Shown here piece after piece: positions 62,936-64,000 of a stretch of 64,000 nt of DNA. This DNA comes from Halocafeteria seosinensis (taxonomy: Eukaryota). A program made the position numbers and the translations under genes. Position 1 is the first letter of the stretch, and every line of letters begins with the position of its first letter. The notes beneath the pieces were generated by a model. That model saw only the letters and a list, made by a program, of their open reading frames with translations, did no database searches and was not told the DNA's origin. The stretch is from contig LVLI01000141.1 of the NCBI GenBank assembly GCA_001687465.1, positions 1-64,000 on the forward strand, in the 5' to 3' direction.

Positions 62936-64000
62936 ATGTTTGGAGTTCGGCAACACTTAGCTTCGAGGAGGCTCAACTTGTCTCTTCGGAGTACATCATC
63001 CCGACTGCACAGCCATGCCTACAACAGAGTATGTAAAGCAGTATTGCCTCAAGGGGACTCCTCGTTCAGCAGCTATTTGCACGACGAAACAGAAACGTTC
63101 ATACGTCGAGGTAAGAACCATCCTGCGTAATACGGGAAACGTGTAGATGACGTATCGTCTTGTCTGAGTGCAGAGCCTTTCCACCCGGTGTTTGGCCGTC
63201 AGCCAAAAGTGTGCAGTTCAGCGGAAGAAGCCATTGGAGACATTCTGGTATCCCATTCTACCGTCTTCCTGCAAGGAGCCGCTGCAACGCCGGTAGTCCT
63301 AGCTAATGCTTTGGCAGACGTAGCTAAAGAGGTTCGGGGTTCACCAAGGATGACTCACCAAAGTGTTCACATCATGGTTGGTATCCACCGCGTGCAGAAA
63401 GATGTCAAGGACGTGGAGGTGGTACATATTCATACCGAGGGACCAGGAAAGTATGCACAGGAAGAATTTCAAAACAACATTAGATCGTAAGCACGAAACT
63501 AGCTATCGCCATAATTCGCCTGACCTGCATAAGATACCGTTTGCAGCAATTCGTTCTTTACTGGACCAAACATGAGGGAGGCAATAAACAATGGAAGGGC
63601 TGACTACTCTCCTATGTTCTTGTCAGAAATTCCATTGCTGTTCCGGAGAGGTAAGGGTATACGACTGCCACCTCATGATCTCTGTTTTACGACTGCTTAC
63701 GACGACCGTTCAGGGTACAAGCCATTGGATGTGGCACTGATCCAGACTTCTCCCCCGGACGATCATGGGTTTTGTAGCTTAGGAGTGAGCGTCGATTGCG
63801 TGCGCGCGGCTGTACAGTGTGCCAGCTACGTTGTTTGTCAGATTAATAGATCTATGCCAAGAACGTTCGGTGACGGATTAATCCATCTTTCAAATTTCGA
63901 TCGAGTAAGTCTGAGTGATTTGGGTTTGGGCTATGCCTCATACACTTCGTAGAACACCCTTTGCAGGTAGTCTATCACAACGAACCACTCCCGGAATTGA
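62936..64000 (+). CDS. Acetyl-CoA hydrolase/CoA-transferase (acetate:succinate CoA-transferase family IB-like), probably mitochondrial; runs off the window
   Basis: GAAATP, HIHTEG, GRADYSPMFLSEIPLLFR, SPPDDHGFCSLGVSVD, MPRTFGD. Arg/Ser/Leu-rich presequence. Confidence 0.9.

Overview
Gene-dense, intron-rich eukaryotic nuclear DNA. Introns are GT-AG and mostly 50-100 nt, and intergenic spacers are very short. The histone H3 signature ([12 protein letters not shown]) and a bacterial-type RecA with a transit-peptide-like N-terminus suggest a stramenopile-like protist (inference). The window holds about 30 protein genes and one tRNA-Thr(CGT). There are tandem pairs of TesB-type thioesterases and epoxide hydrolases, a novel multipass membrane family with two copies plus a pseudogene, and a ~2 kb transposon graveyard. 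Most notable: (1) a Pol beta-like X-family polymerase that lacks two of three catalytic Asp and carries a ~150-aa loop insertion but keeps its dRP-lyase Lys; (2) a Zn-finger-like protein with a split, catalytically dead Ulp1/SENP-like domain; (3) hAT transposase relics flanking a decayed USP-like protease and a pogo-like DDE fragment; (4) a katanin AAA domain fused to unusual N-terminal domains; (5) an intron-containing H3 gene with a histone 3' stem-loop; (6) a kinesin with degenerate switch motifs. Gene boundaries were spliced by eye, so start codons are approximate. Family calls come from remembered motifs, not database searches.
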